This document shows positions 23,301-37,959 of a DNA stretch of 64,000 bases, piece after piece; within the stretch, counting starts at the first letter, position 1; the number at the start of each line of letters is the position of its first letter. The position numbers were made by a program, and so were the translations under genes. Source of the stretch: Amphiscolops sp. MND2022 (lineage: Eukaryota); the NCBI GenBank assembly GCA_964187785.1, contig OZ076409.1, positions 3,784,001 to 3,848,000 of the forward strand, in the 5' to 3' direction. The notes beneath the pieces were generated by a model, which saw only the letters and a program-made list of their open reading frames with translations, was not told where the DNA came from and searched no databases.

Positions 23301-25495
23301 AATACTCAAACCTCACAAGACGCGAAATGTTGGAAAAAGCCGTGAAAACAAACGGAAGCAAAAGTATCGACCGTCCAAACAAGGCCGTTAGCAGATTGAG
23401 AGGTTGAATATAGAAATCTACAACCGATTCTTCCACTACTGCGAGACAATTGGAACGAACACCTTCAAGAAAACCAAGAAAACAATCATGAACCTTGGCT
23501 AAACGTTTCAGACGGGGAAAGCCAAACCATCGAAGTCAAACACGAGAAGTGCCCGACAAGTGCCCTGAAGAACTTGAAAAAGCACGAGAGCGTGAATCTA
23601 ATCCGGCTCAAAGAACAGCAAAACTAAATTCATTGGAGAAGGAGCAAAACGAGAAGACGACGGAAGCCATCCAAAGAGCCGAAAAGAACTTTGCACTGGA
23701 TTTTCCACTATTGGTGGATGAGACGGCCGTAGACCTAAAAAGTTTCCACACCATCTCGGCTTTTGAAACTGACCGCATTGATAACATTTTCTACCGTTAC
23801 TGACCACATAGCAGCCACCTCATTACACGATTTGGCCTGGTATTCTATAACAACAAGATTATCATTCCCTAAGTTATGAGGATATCAATCATTGCGATGT
23901 TACACCATGGCCACGTGGCAGCAGATGAGATGGAGAAGGCGGCAGAGGCATTGTGGTCGCCAGGAATGTATCGGGAGATACAAGAAAAGTCAGAAACGGC
24001 CCCAGTTGCAGAGCTGCAGATAAGAGCCTTTGACACAAATACCAAGTACGGAAATAAATAGACTAGACCTTTTACCCGAATACCAAGAAATCTAATTGGA
24101 CTTCGCCGGTCGAATCAAATCCAATACAAACTTGCAAAATTACGGATACACGGACAAAATTTTGTTCAGACAACGGAACACCACGGACCAATTGATTGTC
24201 CTGTCTTTTATCCAATTGGAAGAAAACCGTGACAAAATATATTTTAGTCCAACCAACAGAACTGCAAGTATTCACAATCAACGACTCCGACGGGGAACTG
24301 GTGGATTACATCGTTCTCAACGACGCAAGGAAAAGAACTTGTTCGGTAAGCCAAGACTTTAAATAGTACCAGTTCGTTCATGAAAAAGAGAGTAAACAAT
24401 CGCCATGAAATGCATGTTCAAGACAAATGAAACTTTAACTGTGGTAAAAGAAACGGATCACACCGTGACCACGGCTGAAGGAAGGTGATTCATGAGAAAG
24501 TAGAATCTAACACACTGAAATTTCAGCCTTCGAAGTCAGAAGAGACCTGAAAGCCCACTAATCGATGCCGCAGGTGTGGTAAGTTCAGCAAAGGCAACTT
24601 TTGCGAAGCCCAGAAAGGACTCATGGCGGAAAACGCAAGCAAAGCTCACAGACAAGACGAAGCCAGTACAAGCAAAACCTTCCTCAAAATGCCGATAAGG
24701 GAACCAGAAGAACATACCGTAATCACTATTACCACGGACAGCGAGACCACAGACGGGGAAAAGCCGACGTACATCGAAGACAAGACCCCGGAGATGGACA
24801 AGGTAACGGAAGTGCACGCACCGCCACCAACAATTACCGCCAGCCAAACACTCAGCGCGCAAACTCCAATGCCTACTTCGCCAAATGGCTGCAGTACTGG
24901 ACACAGCGCCCGTACAAACAGTCGAGACCACACGGCCACACCGACAAAGCCGTCAGATGACACAGTGGAAACGGCGGAAGGTGAAATACACGTTAATGAA
25001 AAAAGTAGAATAGGGTTCAGATTCGGTAGAGTAGAAAATAAAAATACTGTTAGATTCGAAGAAAAAAATAATATACGAAGATCCAGTAGAATAAGAACAG
25101 CAAAACGGGTAGAAAAAATGGGAGGTATAGAATACTTTTAATCACTTTACACTGATTCAGAAAAGGAGACAACCTCACCGAGACGCATCATGCGCACATA
25201 CAAAAACCCAAATTGGATTCCAATGACGGAGCCCCATCGACCCAGAAGTTGGAAAGAACTCAGAACTGCTTCCACTAATCCGTGAAGGGGGAATGTAGAG
25301 GAGAAAGTCTGCTACGGCTAGACACTATTTACGTGCTACCTGCCACATAGACAATGACCTTCATTGGTGCCAAGTTTTAATGTGTGCTGGTTTGAGTTCT
25401 GTTGAGCTATACGACAATACATGATATTTACGTTCTTTAGTTGAACCTCGTTTTAATCGAGCCTTTCTTACAAATCTCTTCATTAGTGTCTTACA
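20380..25495 (+). mobile_element. Decayed Ty3/Gypsy LTR retrotransposon
   Basis: About 200-bp TG..CA LTRs (20380-20581, 25294-25495, clearly diverged), PBS-like TGGGGCAGTC, PPT GAAGGGGGAA, TSD taact/taaca; remnants of a gag knuckle (CKICKKTRHFARVC), protease (FTIDTG), RT, RNase H and integrase. Confidence 0.85.
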
Positions 25496-28400
25496 TAACA
25501 GAGTCACTATCATATCGAAGCATTGGTTGTTGTTAATTGCACGCTTCAAAACGAAAAAAGCAGAGTTTGTCAAAATTGCCTTGGTTGGGTTTAATGCGTT
25601 TTGGAAAACTACCAAGGACGGACACTCCAAAACTCCATCTTTAAGGAGACTTTCAATCATTCCAACCGAAGGTTATTCGAAGGGTAACTAAGAAAAAGAA
25701 AATGAGCAGTCAGATATTTGAGACCTTGAGCAAGTCACTCTGAATTCACAGGGTCGAGTTCACCAACACTTGGTTGCAAATATGGTACCATCGCTTGCAG
25801 ATAGTATCCGAAAGGCGCCGACTTAGAAAAGCAGAACTGCTCATCCGGTGCAGAATCGGGAAAATGGACGTTTTTCCGTTTTTTCTATTGAAAGCCCACA
25901 AAGGTAAGCAATCTCAGATGGTACCTCTGTAGAAGAGGTTATATGATATTTATATTTCGGAAAAAAGTTGTAGGTTTCTAACTTTTTTGGTTTTTCAAAA
26001 AATTAGTGGACAAAAGGACCTATCAAAGACATGTTTCATTAATATCTGAAGTAAAGGTATTTTATAGGTTTGCTAACTGTGTTCGAAGTACTGGCGTGAT
26101 GGATTTTGTTGGTCTTCACATGTTTCAAGATTCCATGCCTTGTTGACGGGTGCAACGTCAGCCAATTGGAGTTTAGCGGCAAACCGAAACCATGAAAGAA
26201 CAAGACGAGATCGTCTCAGGTAAGCACTCAAATTCAGGCTCAAAAATAACACTTTTTCATAAATAAAGTTTCTCGGGCAATTTGTCAAAAATATAAGGGA
26301 TCAAAAAAATCCTGAAAAGCACCTTGTGGCCTCAAAAAAACTTTTTTCTTCACTGGAATCATCCAAAAATTCAAAAAATCAATTGAAGATCATCATTAAC
26401 AAAATGGTGAGAAAATTTTTCCAAAAACTTTTTCCGGGAAATTGTCGCACATCCTTTGCTACTTTCTAGTCTGGTTGATGTTTCAGCTAGTGGTTCTAGA
26501 ATTAAAATGGTCGTATATATGTTTCAAACTGGCTTCGTGAGGATATGACGTCACTGACGAACAGGTCTTCACTCGTATTTCATTCCACTTTTCTCAATTC
26601 TTGAAAACGCATGTATTATAATGCCGTTGAAGAATCCACATAAGACTACAACAGATTTGTTGCGGTCACTGTTTTTCCACGATTGGCGTCGTAATGAAGT
26701 AATAAAATTGAACAAAAATGTGGACCATTGAATGTAACCCTTGCCGAAAAAGAAACTATTGTCTTTGGTCTTTGAATCGATCCTCTTTTGTCAGAAAAAT
26801 AGGTGGGTAAGTTTGAGTTCTTTTCAGAAAAAATTTTCAAATACAAAATACTTTTTGAAAATGGGTTAAACAAAACATTGTAAGGTTCGCTTTTGTAGAT
26901 ATGACGTATGAAGCAAAGATGATGAAGCGAACAATTGATGAATATGAAAAAAAAAGATTTCTCAGAAATGCAAATGAGACAATTGTAGCAATATTGTCAT
27001 AAAGGAATAATTTCAAAGCGTTTTTGACCCGGGTTTACTTTGAAAAACAATGAATGTTTCTCATTAAATAATAGTCTTTTTCAATTGGTATTTGACAAAA
27101 CGAACTCTTCAGTGAGAGAAATTAAATTTCATCTTCCAACAACTTACAAGTGTGTCAAACGGGTAACTTCACAATCAACAATTCACCTCAAACATCACAG
27201 CAGACGTCATATATTTGACGGTTGCTGTATTCTAAAGCTAACCACTGAAGAAATCGGGACCTTGTTTCTTATCCCCCCAACACGAAAAGATTGCGAAGAA
27301 AGTTACACCATAAATGAACTAAAATTACTAGGCGCGTTAACGGGGGATAGAACACTTTAGATACTACGTTTACGGAACTGAAGAGCAAGAGTCAATTTTT
27401 AAAACGACCACCAAGCGTTACAACTGTTTCTAAAACGTAATAGGGCTCATTAACCGTACAGCACAAGACTGACGCGTTGGTTAGACCGGTTAAGTAACTT
27501 TGACTTGAATGTGCAATACACCGCCTGTAAGAATTTTCAGCTGACGGAATATTTAGGCCGTCATACGGTTACGTACATCGGTGAGTCCGAAATACAAAAC
27601 AAATTGAACGGACAAGAAGAGATTGAAGCCGAAAGAGAGATCAAGCTTCATCGAGCAAGCCGCGCCATCGCAAGAAACCAATAACAACGTGGCATTCGTA
27701 CACGAGACCAAAATCGAACCGACCACTCACTTGAAATTTTACGAAACAGCATCAACTCAATCGATTCAATAAAAAAACCGCTATATGTCAAAATGAACAA
27801 AGTAAATGGGAACGACATGAATTTCATATTCAAATCACGGGGCCATTTTCCTGAAACACGCAAGTTACGAGTGAAACGGAACAAAATACTCAAACCTCAC
27901 AAGACGCGAAATGTTGGAAAAAGCCGTGAAAACAAACGGAAGCAAAAGTATCGACCGTCCAAACAAGGCCGTTAGCAGATTGAGAGGTTGAATATAGAAA
28001 TCTACAACCGATTCTTCCACTACTGCGAGACAATTGGAACGAACACCTTCAAGAAATCCAAGAAAACAATCATGAACCTTGGCTAAACGTTTCAGACGGG
28101 GAAAGCCAAACCATCGAAGTCAAACACGAGAAGTGCCCGACAAGTGCCCTGAAGAACTTGAAAAAGCACGAGAGCGTGAATCTAATCCGGCTCAAAGAAC
28201 AGCAAAACTAAATTCATTGGAGAAGGAGCAAAACGAGAAGACGACGGAAGCCATCCAAAGAGCCGAAAAGAACTTTGCACTGGATTTTCCACTATTGGTG
28301 GATGAGACGGCCGGAGACCTAAAAAGTTTCCACACCATCTCGGCTTTTGAAACTGACCGCATTGATAACATTTTCTACCGTTACTGACCACATAGCAGCC

Positions 28401-31400
28401 ACCTCATTACACGATTTGGCCTGGTATTCTATAACAACAAGATTATCATTCCCTAAGTTATGAGGATATCAATCATTGCGATGTTACACCATGGCCACGT
28501 GGCAGCAGATGAGATGGAGAAGGCGGCAGACGCATTGTGGTCGCCAGGAATGTATCGGGAGATACAAGAAAAGTCAGAAACGGCCCCAGTTGCAGAGCTG
28601 CAGATAAGAGCCTTTGACACAAATACCAAGTACGGAAATAAATAGACTAGACCTTTTACCCGAATACCAAGAAATCTAATTGGACTTCGCCGGTCGAATC
28701 AAATCCAATACAAACTTGCAAAATTACGGATACACGGACAAAATTTTGTTCAGACAACGGAACACCACGGACCAATTGATTGTCCTGTCTTTTATCCAAT
28801 TGGAAGAAAACCGTGACAAAATATATTTTAGTCCAACCAACAGAACTGCAAGTATTCACAATCAACGACTCCGACGGGGAACTGGTGGATTACATCGTTC
28901 TCAACGACGCAAGGAAAAGAACTTGTTCGGTAAGCCAAGACTTTAAATAGTACCAGTTCGTTCATGAAAAAGAGAGTAAACAATCGCCATGAAATGCATG
29001 TTCAAGACAAATGAAACTTTAACTGTGGTAAAAGAAACGGATCACACCGTGACCACGGCTGAAGGAATGGTGATTCATGAGAAAGTAGAATCTAACACAC
29101 TGAAATTTCAGCCTTCGAAGTCAGAAGAGACCTGAAAGCCCACTAATCGATGCCGCAGGTGTGGTAAGTTCAGCAAAGGCAACTTTTGCGAAGCCCAGAA
29201 AGGACTCATGGCGGAAAACGCAAGCAAAGCTCACAGACAAGACGAAGCCAGTACAAGCAAAACCTTCCTCAAAATGCCGATAAGGGAACCAGAAGAACAT
29301 ACCGTAATCACTATTACCACGGACAGCGAGACCACAGACGGGGAAAAGCCGACGTACATCGAAGACAAGACCCCGGAGATGGACAAGGTAACGGAAGTGC
29401 ACGCACCGCCACCAACAATTACCGCCAGCCAAACACTCAGCGCGCAAACTCCAATGCCTACTTCGCCAAATGGCTGCAGTACTGGACACAGCGCCCGTAC
29501 AAACAGTCGAGACCACACGGCCACACCGACAAAGCCGTCAGATGACACAGTGGAAACGGCGGAAGGTGAAATACACGTTAATGAAAAAAGTAGAATAGGG
29601 TTCAGATTCGGTAGAGTAGAAAATAAAAATACTGTTAGATTCGAAGAAAAAATAATATACGAAGATCCAGTAGAATAAGAACAGCAAAACGGGTAGAAAA
29701 AATGGGAGGTATAGAATACTTTTAATCACTTTACACTGATTCAGAAAAGGAGACAACCTCACCGAGACGCATCATGCGCACATACAAAAACCCAAATTGG
29801 ATTCCAATGACGGAGCCCCATCGACCAGAAGTTGGAAAGAACTCAGAACTGGTTCCACTAATCCGTGAAGGGGGAATGTAGAGGAGAAAGTCTGCTACGG
29901 CTAGACACTGTTTACGTGCTACCTGCCACATAGACAATGACCTTCATTGGTGCCAAGTTTTAATGTGTGCTGGTTTGAGTTCTGTTGAGCTATACGACAA
30001 TACATGATATTTACGTTCTTTAGTTGAACCTCGTTTTAATCGAGCCTTTCTTACAAATCTCTTCATTAGTGTCTTACATAACAGAGTCACTATCATATCG
30101 AAGCATTGGTTGTTGTTAATTGCACGCTTCAAAACGAAAAAAGCAGAGTTTGTCAAAATTGCCTTGGTTGGGTTTAATGCGTTTTGGAAAACTACCAAGG
30201 ACGGACACTCCAAAACTCCATCTTTAAGGAGACTTTCAATCATTCCAACCGAAGGTTATTCGAAGGGTAACTAAGAAAAAGAAAATGAGCAGTCAGATAT
30301 TTGAGACCTTGAGCAAGTCTTTCTGAATTCACAGGGTCGAGTTCACCAACACTTGGTTGCAAATATGGTACCATCGCTTGCAGATAGTATCCGAAAGGCG
30401 CCGACTTAGAAAAGCAGAACTGCTCATCCGGTGCAGAATCGGGAAAATGGACGTTTTTCCGTTTTTTCTATTGAAAGCCCACAAAGGTAAGCAATCTCAG
30501 ATGGTACCTCTGTAGAAGAGGTTATATGATATTTATATTTCGGAAAAAAAGTTGTAGGTTTCTAACTTTTTTGGTTTTTCAAAAAATTAGTGGACCAAAG
30601 GACCTATCAAAGACATGTTTCATTAATATCTGAAGTAAAGGTATTTTATAGGTTTGCTAACTGTGTTCGAAGTACTGGCGTGATGGATTTTGTTGGTCTT
30701 CACATGTTTCAAGATTCCATGCCTTGTTGACGGGTGCAACGTCAGCCAATTGGAGTTTAGCGGCAAACCGAAACCATGAAAGAACAAGACGAGAACGTCT
30801 CAGGTAAGCACTCTAATTCAGGCTCAAAAATAACACTTTTTCATAAATAAAGTTTCTCGGGCAATTTGTCAAAATTATAAGGGATCAAAAAAATCCTGAA
30901 GTGCACCTTGTGGCCTCAAAAAAAACTTTTTTCTTCACTGGAATTATCCAAAAATTCAAAAAATCAATTGAAGATCATCATTAACAAAATGGTGAGAAAA
31001 TTTTTCCAAAAACTTTTTCCGGGAAATTGTCGCACATCCTTTGCTACTTTCTAGTCTGGTTGATGTTTCAGCTAGTGGTTCTAGAATTAAAATGGTCGTA
31101 TATATGTTTCAAACTGGCTTCGTGAGGATATGACGTCACTGACGAACAGGTCTTCACTCGTATTTCATTCCACTTTTCTCAATTCTTGAAAACGCATGTA
31201 TTATAATGCCGTTGAAGAATCCACATAAGACTACAACAGATTTGTTGCGGTCACTGTTTTTCCACGATTGGCGTCGTAATGAAGTAATAAAATTGAACAA
31301 AAATGTGGACCATTGAATGTAACCCTTGCCGAAAAAGAAACTATTGTCTTTGGTCTTTGAATCGATCCTCTTTTGTCAGAAAAATAGGTGGGTAAGTTTG

Positions 31401-31873
31401 AGTTCTTTTCAGAAAAAATTTTCAAATACAAAATACTTTTTGAAAATGGGTTAAACAAAGCATTGTAAGGTTCGCTTTTGTAGATATGACGTATGAAGCA
31501 AAGATGATGAAGCGAACAATTGATGAATATGAAAAAAAAAGATTTCTCAGAAATGCAAATGAGACAATTGTAGCAATATTGTCATAAAGGAATAATTTCA
31601 AAGCGTTTTTGACCCGGGTTTACTTTGAAAAACAATGAATGTTTCTCATTAAATAATAGTCTTTTTCAATTGGTATTTGACAAAACGAACTCTTCAGTGA
31701 GAGAAATTAAATTTCATCTTCCAACAACTTACAAGTGTGTCAAACGGGTAACTTCACAATCAACAATTCACCTCAAACATCACAGCAGAAGTCATATATT
31801 TGACGGTTGCTGTATTCTAAAGCTAACCACTGAGGAAATCGGGACCTTGTTTCTTATACCCCCCAACACGAAA
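22704..31873 (+). repeat. Tandem duplication, units 22704-27287 and 27288-31873
   Basis: Near-identical sequence and ORFs at an offset of about 4584; the unit is the Gypsy 3' half, its 3' LTR and about 1.8 kb of flank. Confidence 0.95.
29877..30078 (+). repeat. Duplicated Gypsy 3' LTR
   Basis: Copy of 25294-25495 within the second duplication unit. Confidence 0.9.
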
Positions 31874-32390
31874 TTGACTTTTCTGATTGAAAAATTTCTT
31901 GGACGAGTGAAAATGAGCAAGTCAACCGAAGAAATTTTGTTGATATGTTCGTTCTCAATTGGTCAGCACTTCGTTTCAGGGTTCGTTTCTGCCCCCCATC
32001 AAAATTTTTGAAATGAAAATTTCGAAAATTCTCCGAAGTGGCTTGATTAAAAGTAATATCTTTTTCCATAACAGGAAGTTTCTTTGGAAAAAAAGTTTTT
32101 TGTTGCAGCGAAAATTTTTTTTACACATTATAGCTGTGATAATGCTGAAAAATAACTATTTTTGTGACTCAAAAAAGAACCTGATTTTATAATTAGGAAT
32201 TAGGAAAGTTTAAAAAAATGGTGGATGGGGGGTTACAGAAGAGAACTCGGCTATTGGAGCTGAAATTTTTTGAAAGTCGAAAACTTTCTCCTTAATTATG
32301 CAATGCAAGAACTCGCCTAGTAATAGAATGGTACGCTTGGCACAATCTTGCATAATCATGGTATCCTTGGCAAGATCTTGGTAAGATGGT

Positions 32391-32938
32391 CCCTTGTTGA
32401 AACTGCTTGAACTTTTTGCATGTACTTTAATGTTGCCAGCAACTTTTATTATGATTTTCCAAAACTCTTACGGAAACTTTCATGCGAAATTTTGTCCCTG
32501 TTGTATTTAACTTTTATCAAGCTGCTTGAAAGATTCATCAAAGTTTTGGCGGCAATTTTAAACCTTGAAGTTTTGCAGGTTTCATTAAGCAGCAGTTATA
32601 ATTTTGAAAGCAAATAAGGCGCTATCAATTTACCGCTAAATCAATGCAAAATAACTTCAGTCGCATAATAAACTGCAAGTTAGCGTCATCTCTAGCGTGC
32701 TATTTGAGAAGCGGTGATCACATCAGATGAGTAGTTGAGAAAACAAAGTGTGTACACAAAGTGATCATGTCGGTAATCTAGTGTAATTTATTTTCAAATT
32801 TAATTACAATAGTGGAAAATGCAGTGTAATTGTACATGATTTACCAACCGAAGTTCACTGAATTTTCTAGGTTTTATAAAAAATTACCCTGCATGCATGC
32901 CTGCAGCATGTAAAAAGTTCCTGCAGCTTCAACTAGGG
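32391..32938. mobile_element. Non-autonomous DNA transposon (MITE) with CCC...GGG ends and 2-bp TSD (CMC/EnSpm-like)
   Basis: About 32-bp imperfect TIRs (cccttgttgaaactgc / gcagcttcaactaggg); GT duplicated; empty site atggtggtaag in the duplicate copy near 35840. Confidence 0.8.
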
Positions 32939-35064
32939 GTGGTAAGATCTTGGCAAGGCTAGCTAGTGATTTACCATGGTTCTTGGCAAGCCTACCATGT
33001 CTTCGATCGCTGGGATAAGACTTCCTCCCATTTTTACGACGTAATTCGGCAGATCGTGGGGTTATAAAAACTTTCTATGAGGAAAACACAGAAAAATAAA
33101 CGTGCTCAGAGCTGAGAGAAAGAAAAACCTACCAACCTTAAGCAGAATAGTTTCCGCTTTCGATATATGTGTATTTGGATAATCGTTGGTAATAACACAA
33201 CGCCGCGGGCTCAATTTCGTTCCTCGTGTGTAAATACCTCTCAAATTACCTTTTTTCACTGTCACAAATGCTAATGCTGCATTTTGCAATTCAATTACGC
33301 AACAATTTCGTAACCAAGTGTGAACAAGTTACGCTTCACGCGAAGAGTTACATAACACTCACTTAGAACGAAGTGACAGCGTTTGTTTGGTTCTGTCAAT
33401 TTGCACCGTGGTAAAAATATTCCGAAAGTGGAAAAATATTTTGTATGTATTTATTGAGGAAACGATGCATTAACTAACGCGTTTGGACAAATTAAAAGAG
33501 TAAAGAAGCTATAGACATTGGTGGTATTTCCTGTTTTGCTAAAAAATGAAACAAAATATTTCTGAAAGGGGAAACGGGAAAACAATATGAGAGAGAAAGC
33601 TGAGAAAATTTCATTCCCAGTGAAGCAAAAATTCTGCCTATATGTTGGATGTGTAAAAAACGAGACATACGAGTGATATTTCGCTTTTTTTCTTAATACT
33701 GGAGGTTATTAGCTACAGAGTGGTTATATATAGATAAGATAAATATATAAATGGTAGTTATTTATATGTGCTTCAGATAGAGCTAACTTACCAACAGGAA
33801 ACTGGCATTTTTGTAAAACTCAAATATAACGCAAAGAAATACTGATTGGTAAGTTAAAAAAAAACGGAAAGCAACGGAAAATCTGTCGTTTTATCGAATC
33901 AATGGTTAGAAACCTGATTAACGCCTGCTTGGAAAAATAGCTGAACAGTTTAAAGGCATGCTGAATTTATTGCATAACAAGACGGAAAAATGTTCCCAAA
34001 AACGGGTGTCCGCTTTAGCAGCTATTGAACTGAGCTGAATGAGGGAAAGATGGGAAAGGTTATAGAAATGAAGTCACTACTAGACAAGGACTTAATTTGT
34101 TTTCCAATACATGTTTTGTTCTTTCTCCCTTTTTTCACAAGCTTATCCTGATCGGCTTTGAAGACTGGCGTAAAAACCACTGCAGTTGACACATTCACAT
34201 TACCTTGACTCTCGTCCCACAGAATCAACCTCCCCCTGCCTACACTTTTTTTTTGAAAAGAGCGGGAAAACAGCACCCCTCAGGAGCTCAATTTTCCTCG
34301 TCTTTTCAATTTGTCTTCTCTCCCGGCGTGTTTGCCACCTAGGACATTCTGATGGGAATGAAAGTCAAACGAGAAGACAACCTACTGGCAATAATTTGTT
34401 GATTGATGATCAGAAAAAATGAATGGAAAATGGAATTTGTTCATGAAATACAAAAAAAAAGAGGAAAAGCAGGAAAAGATAAGTGAAAAAAGAATCTTGC
34501 TAACAGCAAAGACGCTTTTTTGTTCAAGTACGTTTCAAGATGAATTTAATTACATTTTGTTTTGTAAATTTGAAGTCAAGACGTTTTTGAGTTTTGATGA
34601 TAAAAACCCAGATTTTGATGAAAGAAAATTCAGCTTGAAGACCTTGAAACACAAAATCCTGTCCAAAAATGTACCCAGCTTAAAAAAAATCCCGGCTTTT
34701 TTGATGTGAAATTGATCAAGAGAAGATGTCTTCTGGTTTTCAAGGCTATGTGTGGACGCTTTGTAGAATTACCCAAGGGTATTGATATGAACAGAAAGTT
34801 GTTAATATTGTTTGTCGATTCAGTGTAACGACATGTAATTTTGACTCTGCAATAACAACTGCAAAAATTTCTGTTCCAACGCTAATACAATTAATTTTTA
34901 TGAGACAAACATGGTATTGGTACACAAAAGTGCGAACCCATGTATCAAAAACAGAGGCAAAGAACGTAAACCGTCTTTGCTTCTTGTGAACAAAACTGAC
35001 GGTCAACCGTATCTTTTCAATCAAAGGCGTGTCCCTAAGCATCTGATTGTACTCGCAATATATA

Positions 35065-35637
35065 TTTTTAGTCGGCGCTTCATGAAGTGAAACGCGACTA
35101 TTATAGTGACTCTTTTTTTTTCTATCCACACGAACTGACCAAAATAGTTCTAAAAAAGTTCTACAAAATATTATTGCATCAAAATGCACTATTTGGTCTA
35201 GCGAACTGAACCAAAAAGGTTTTTCCTGTTTTTCCGCGTAACATACCATACCGGGCGAGACCAAAGACTCCCCCCTTTCATTTTTTTTCGGCACTGCGAG
35301 ACTTTTTTTTCGAAAAACAAAGTTTTCCCCAAAGGGTCCCCCCTGCATTTTTTTTGATGTTTTGCGACCGAATGGATGTTGAAAAACCACAAAGGGTCCC
35401 CCCTTTCAGTTTTTTTTCGGCATTGTGAGATTTTTCCCGAAAATGAAAATTTTTGTTTTCTTCAATTTTTTCATGTTTTGCGACAGAATGGATGTTGAAA
35501 AACCACAAAGGGTCCCCCCTTTCAGTTTTTCGGCATTGTGAGACTTTAGCGCGCCAGGGGCTCGCCCTAGCGAGCCCCGGTGCGCCACTCGGTCCATTTT
35601 TTTGAGTATGTAATTTTTTCGAAATTTTTTTTGGAAA
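35065..35637 (+). mobile_element. Helentron-type element, 3'-truncated at the duplication junction
   Basis: Starts tttttagtcggcgctt; matches the first part of 37960-38636. Confidence 0.65.
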
Positions 35638-37959
35638 ATTTTATAATTAGGAATTAGGAAAGTTTAAAAAAATGGTGGATGGGGGGTTACAGAAGAGAAC
35701 TCGGCTATTGGAGCTGAAATTTTTTGAAAGTCGAAAACTTTCTCCTTAATTATGCAATGCAAGAATTCGCCTAGTAATAGAATGGTACGCTTGGCACAAT
35801 CTTGCATAATCATGGTATCCTTGGCAAGATCTTGGTAAGATGGTGGTAAGATCTTGGCAAGGCTAGCTAGTGATTTACCATGGTTCTTGGCAAGCGTACC
35901 ATGTCTTCGATCGCTGGGATAAGACTTCCCCTTTTTTAAGAGATAATTCGGCAGATCGTGGGGTTGTAAAAAACTTGCTGTTAGAAAAACACAGAAAAAA
36001 ACGTTTTCAGAGCTGAGAGAAAGAAAAACCTACTAACGTTAAGGAGAAGAGTTTCCGCTTTCGATATATGTGTATTTGAATAATCGTTCACACAACGCCG
36101 CGGGCTCAATTTCGTTCCACCCTCGTGGGTAAATACCTCTCAAATTACCTTTTTTCACTGTCAAAAATGCTAATGCTGCATTTTGCAATTCAATCACGCA
36201 ACAATTTCGTAACCAAGTGTGAACAAGTTACGCTTCACGCGAAGAGTTACATAACACTCACTTAGAACGAAGTGACAGCGTTTCTTTGGTTCTGTCAATT
36301 TGCACCGTGGTAAAAATATTCCGAAAGTTGAAAAATATTTTGTATGTATTTATTGAGGAAACGATGCATTAACTAACGCGTTTGGACAAATTAAAAGAGT
36401 AAAGAAGCTATAGACATTGGTGGTATTTCCTGTTTTGCTAAAAAATGAAACAAAATATTTCTGAAAGGGGAAACGGGAAAACAATATGAGAGAGAAAGCT
36501 GAGAAAATTTCATTCCCAGTGAAGCAAAAATTCTTCCTATAAGTTGGATGTGTAAAAACGAGACATACGAGTGATATTTCGCTTTTTTCTTAATACTGGA
36601 GGTTATTAGCTACAGAGTGGTTATATATAGATAAGATAAATATATAAATGGTAGTTATTTATATGTGCTTCAGATAGAGCTAACTTACCAACAGGAAACT
36701 GGCATTTTTGTAAAACTCTAATATAACGCAAACAAAGAAATACTGATTGGTAAGTAAAAAAAACGGAAAGCAACGGAAAATCTGTCGTTTTATCGAATCA
36801 ATGGTTAGAAACCTGATTAACGCCTGCTTGGAAAAATAGCTGAACAGTTTAAAGGAATGCTGAATTTATTGCATAACAAGACGGAAAAATGTTCCCAAAA
36901 ACGGGTGTCCGGTTTAGCAGCTATTCAACTGAGCTGAATGAGGGAGAGATGGGAAAAGTTATAGAAATGAAGTCACTACTAGACAAGGACTTAATTTGTT
37001 TTCCAATACATGTTTTGTTCTTTCTCCCTTTTTTCACAAGCTTATCCTGATCGGCTTTGAAGACTGGCGTAAAAACCACTGCAGTTGACACATTCACATT
37101 ACCTTGACTCTCGTCCCACAGAATCAACCTCCCCCTGCCTACACTTTTTTTTGAAAAGAGCGGGAAAACAGCACCCTTCAGGAGCTCAATTTTCCTCGTC
37201 TTTTCAATTTGTCTTCTCTCCCGGCGTGTTTGCCACCTAGGACATTCTGATGGGAATGAAAGTCAAACGAGAAGACAACCTACTGGCAATAATTTGTTGA
37301 TTGATGATCAGAAAAAATGAATGGAAAATGGAATTTGTTCATGAAATACAAAAAAAGAGGAAAAGCAGGAAAAGATAAGTGAAAAAAGAATCTTGCTAAC
37401 AGCAAAGACGCTTTTTTGTTCAAGTACGTTTCAAGATGAATTTAATTACATTTTGTTTTGTAAATTTGAAGTCAAGACGTTTTTGAGTTTTGATGATAAA
37501 AACCCAGACTTTGATGAAAGAAAATTCAGCTTGAAGACCTTGAAACACAAAATCCTGTCCAAAAATGTACCCAGCTTAAAAAAATCCCGGCTTTTTTGAT
37601 GTGAAATTGATCAAGAGAAGATGTCTTCTGGTTTTCAAGGCTATGTGTGGACGCTTTGTAGAATTACCCAAGGGTATTGATATGAACAGAAAGTTGTTAA
37701 TATTGTTTGTCGATTCAGTGTAACGACATGTAATTTTGACTCTGCAATAACAACTGCAAAAATTTCTGTTCCAACGCTAATACAATTAATTTTTATGAGA
37801 CAAACATGGTATTGGTACACAAAAGTGCGAACCCATGTATCAAAAACAGAGGCAAAGAACGTAAACCGTCTTTGCTTCTTGTGAACAAAACTGACGGTCA
37901 ACCGTATCTTTTCAATCAAAGGCGTGTCCCTAAGCATCTGATTGTACTCGCAATATATA

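Noticed and set aside
34746..35597. 214-aa and neighbouring ORFs (also 37641-38488, 17610-17945)
   Set aside because: Chance frames through Helentron-type repeats and flank; no protein-like motifs
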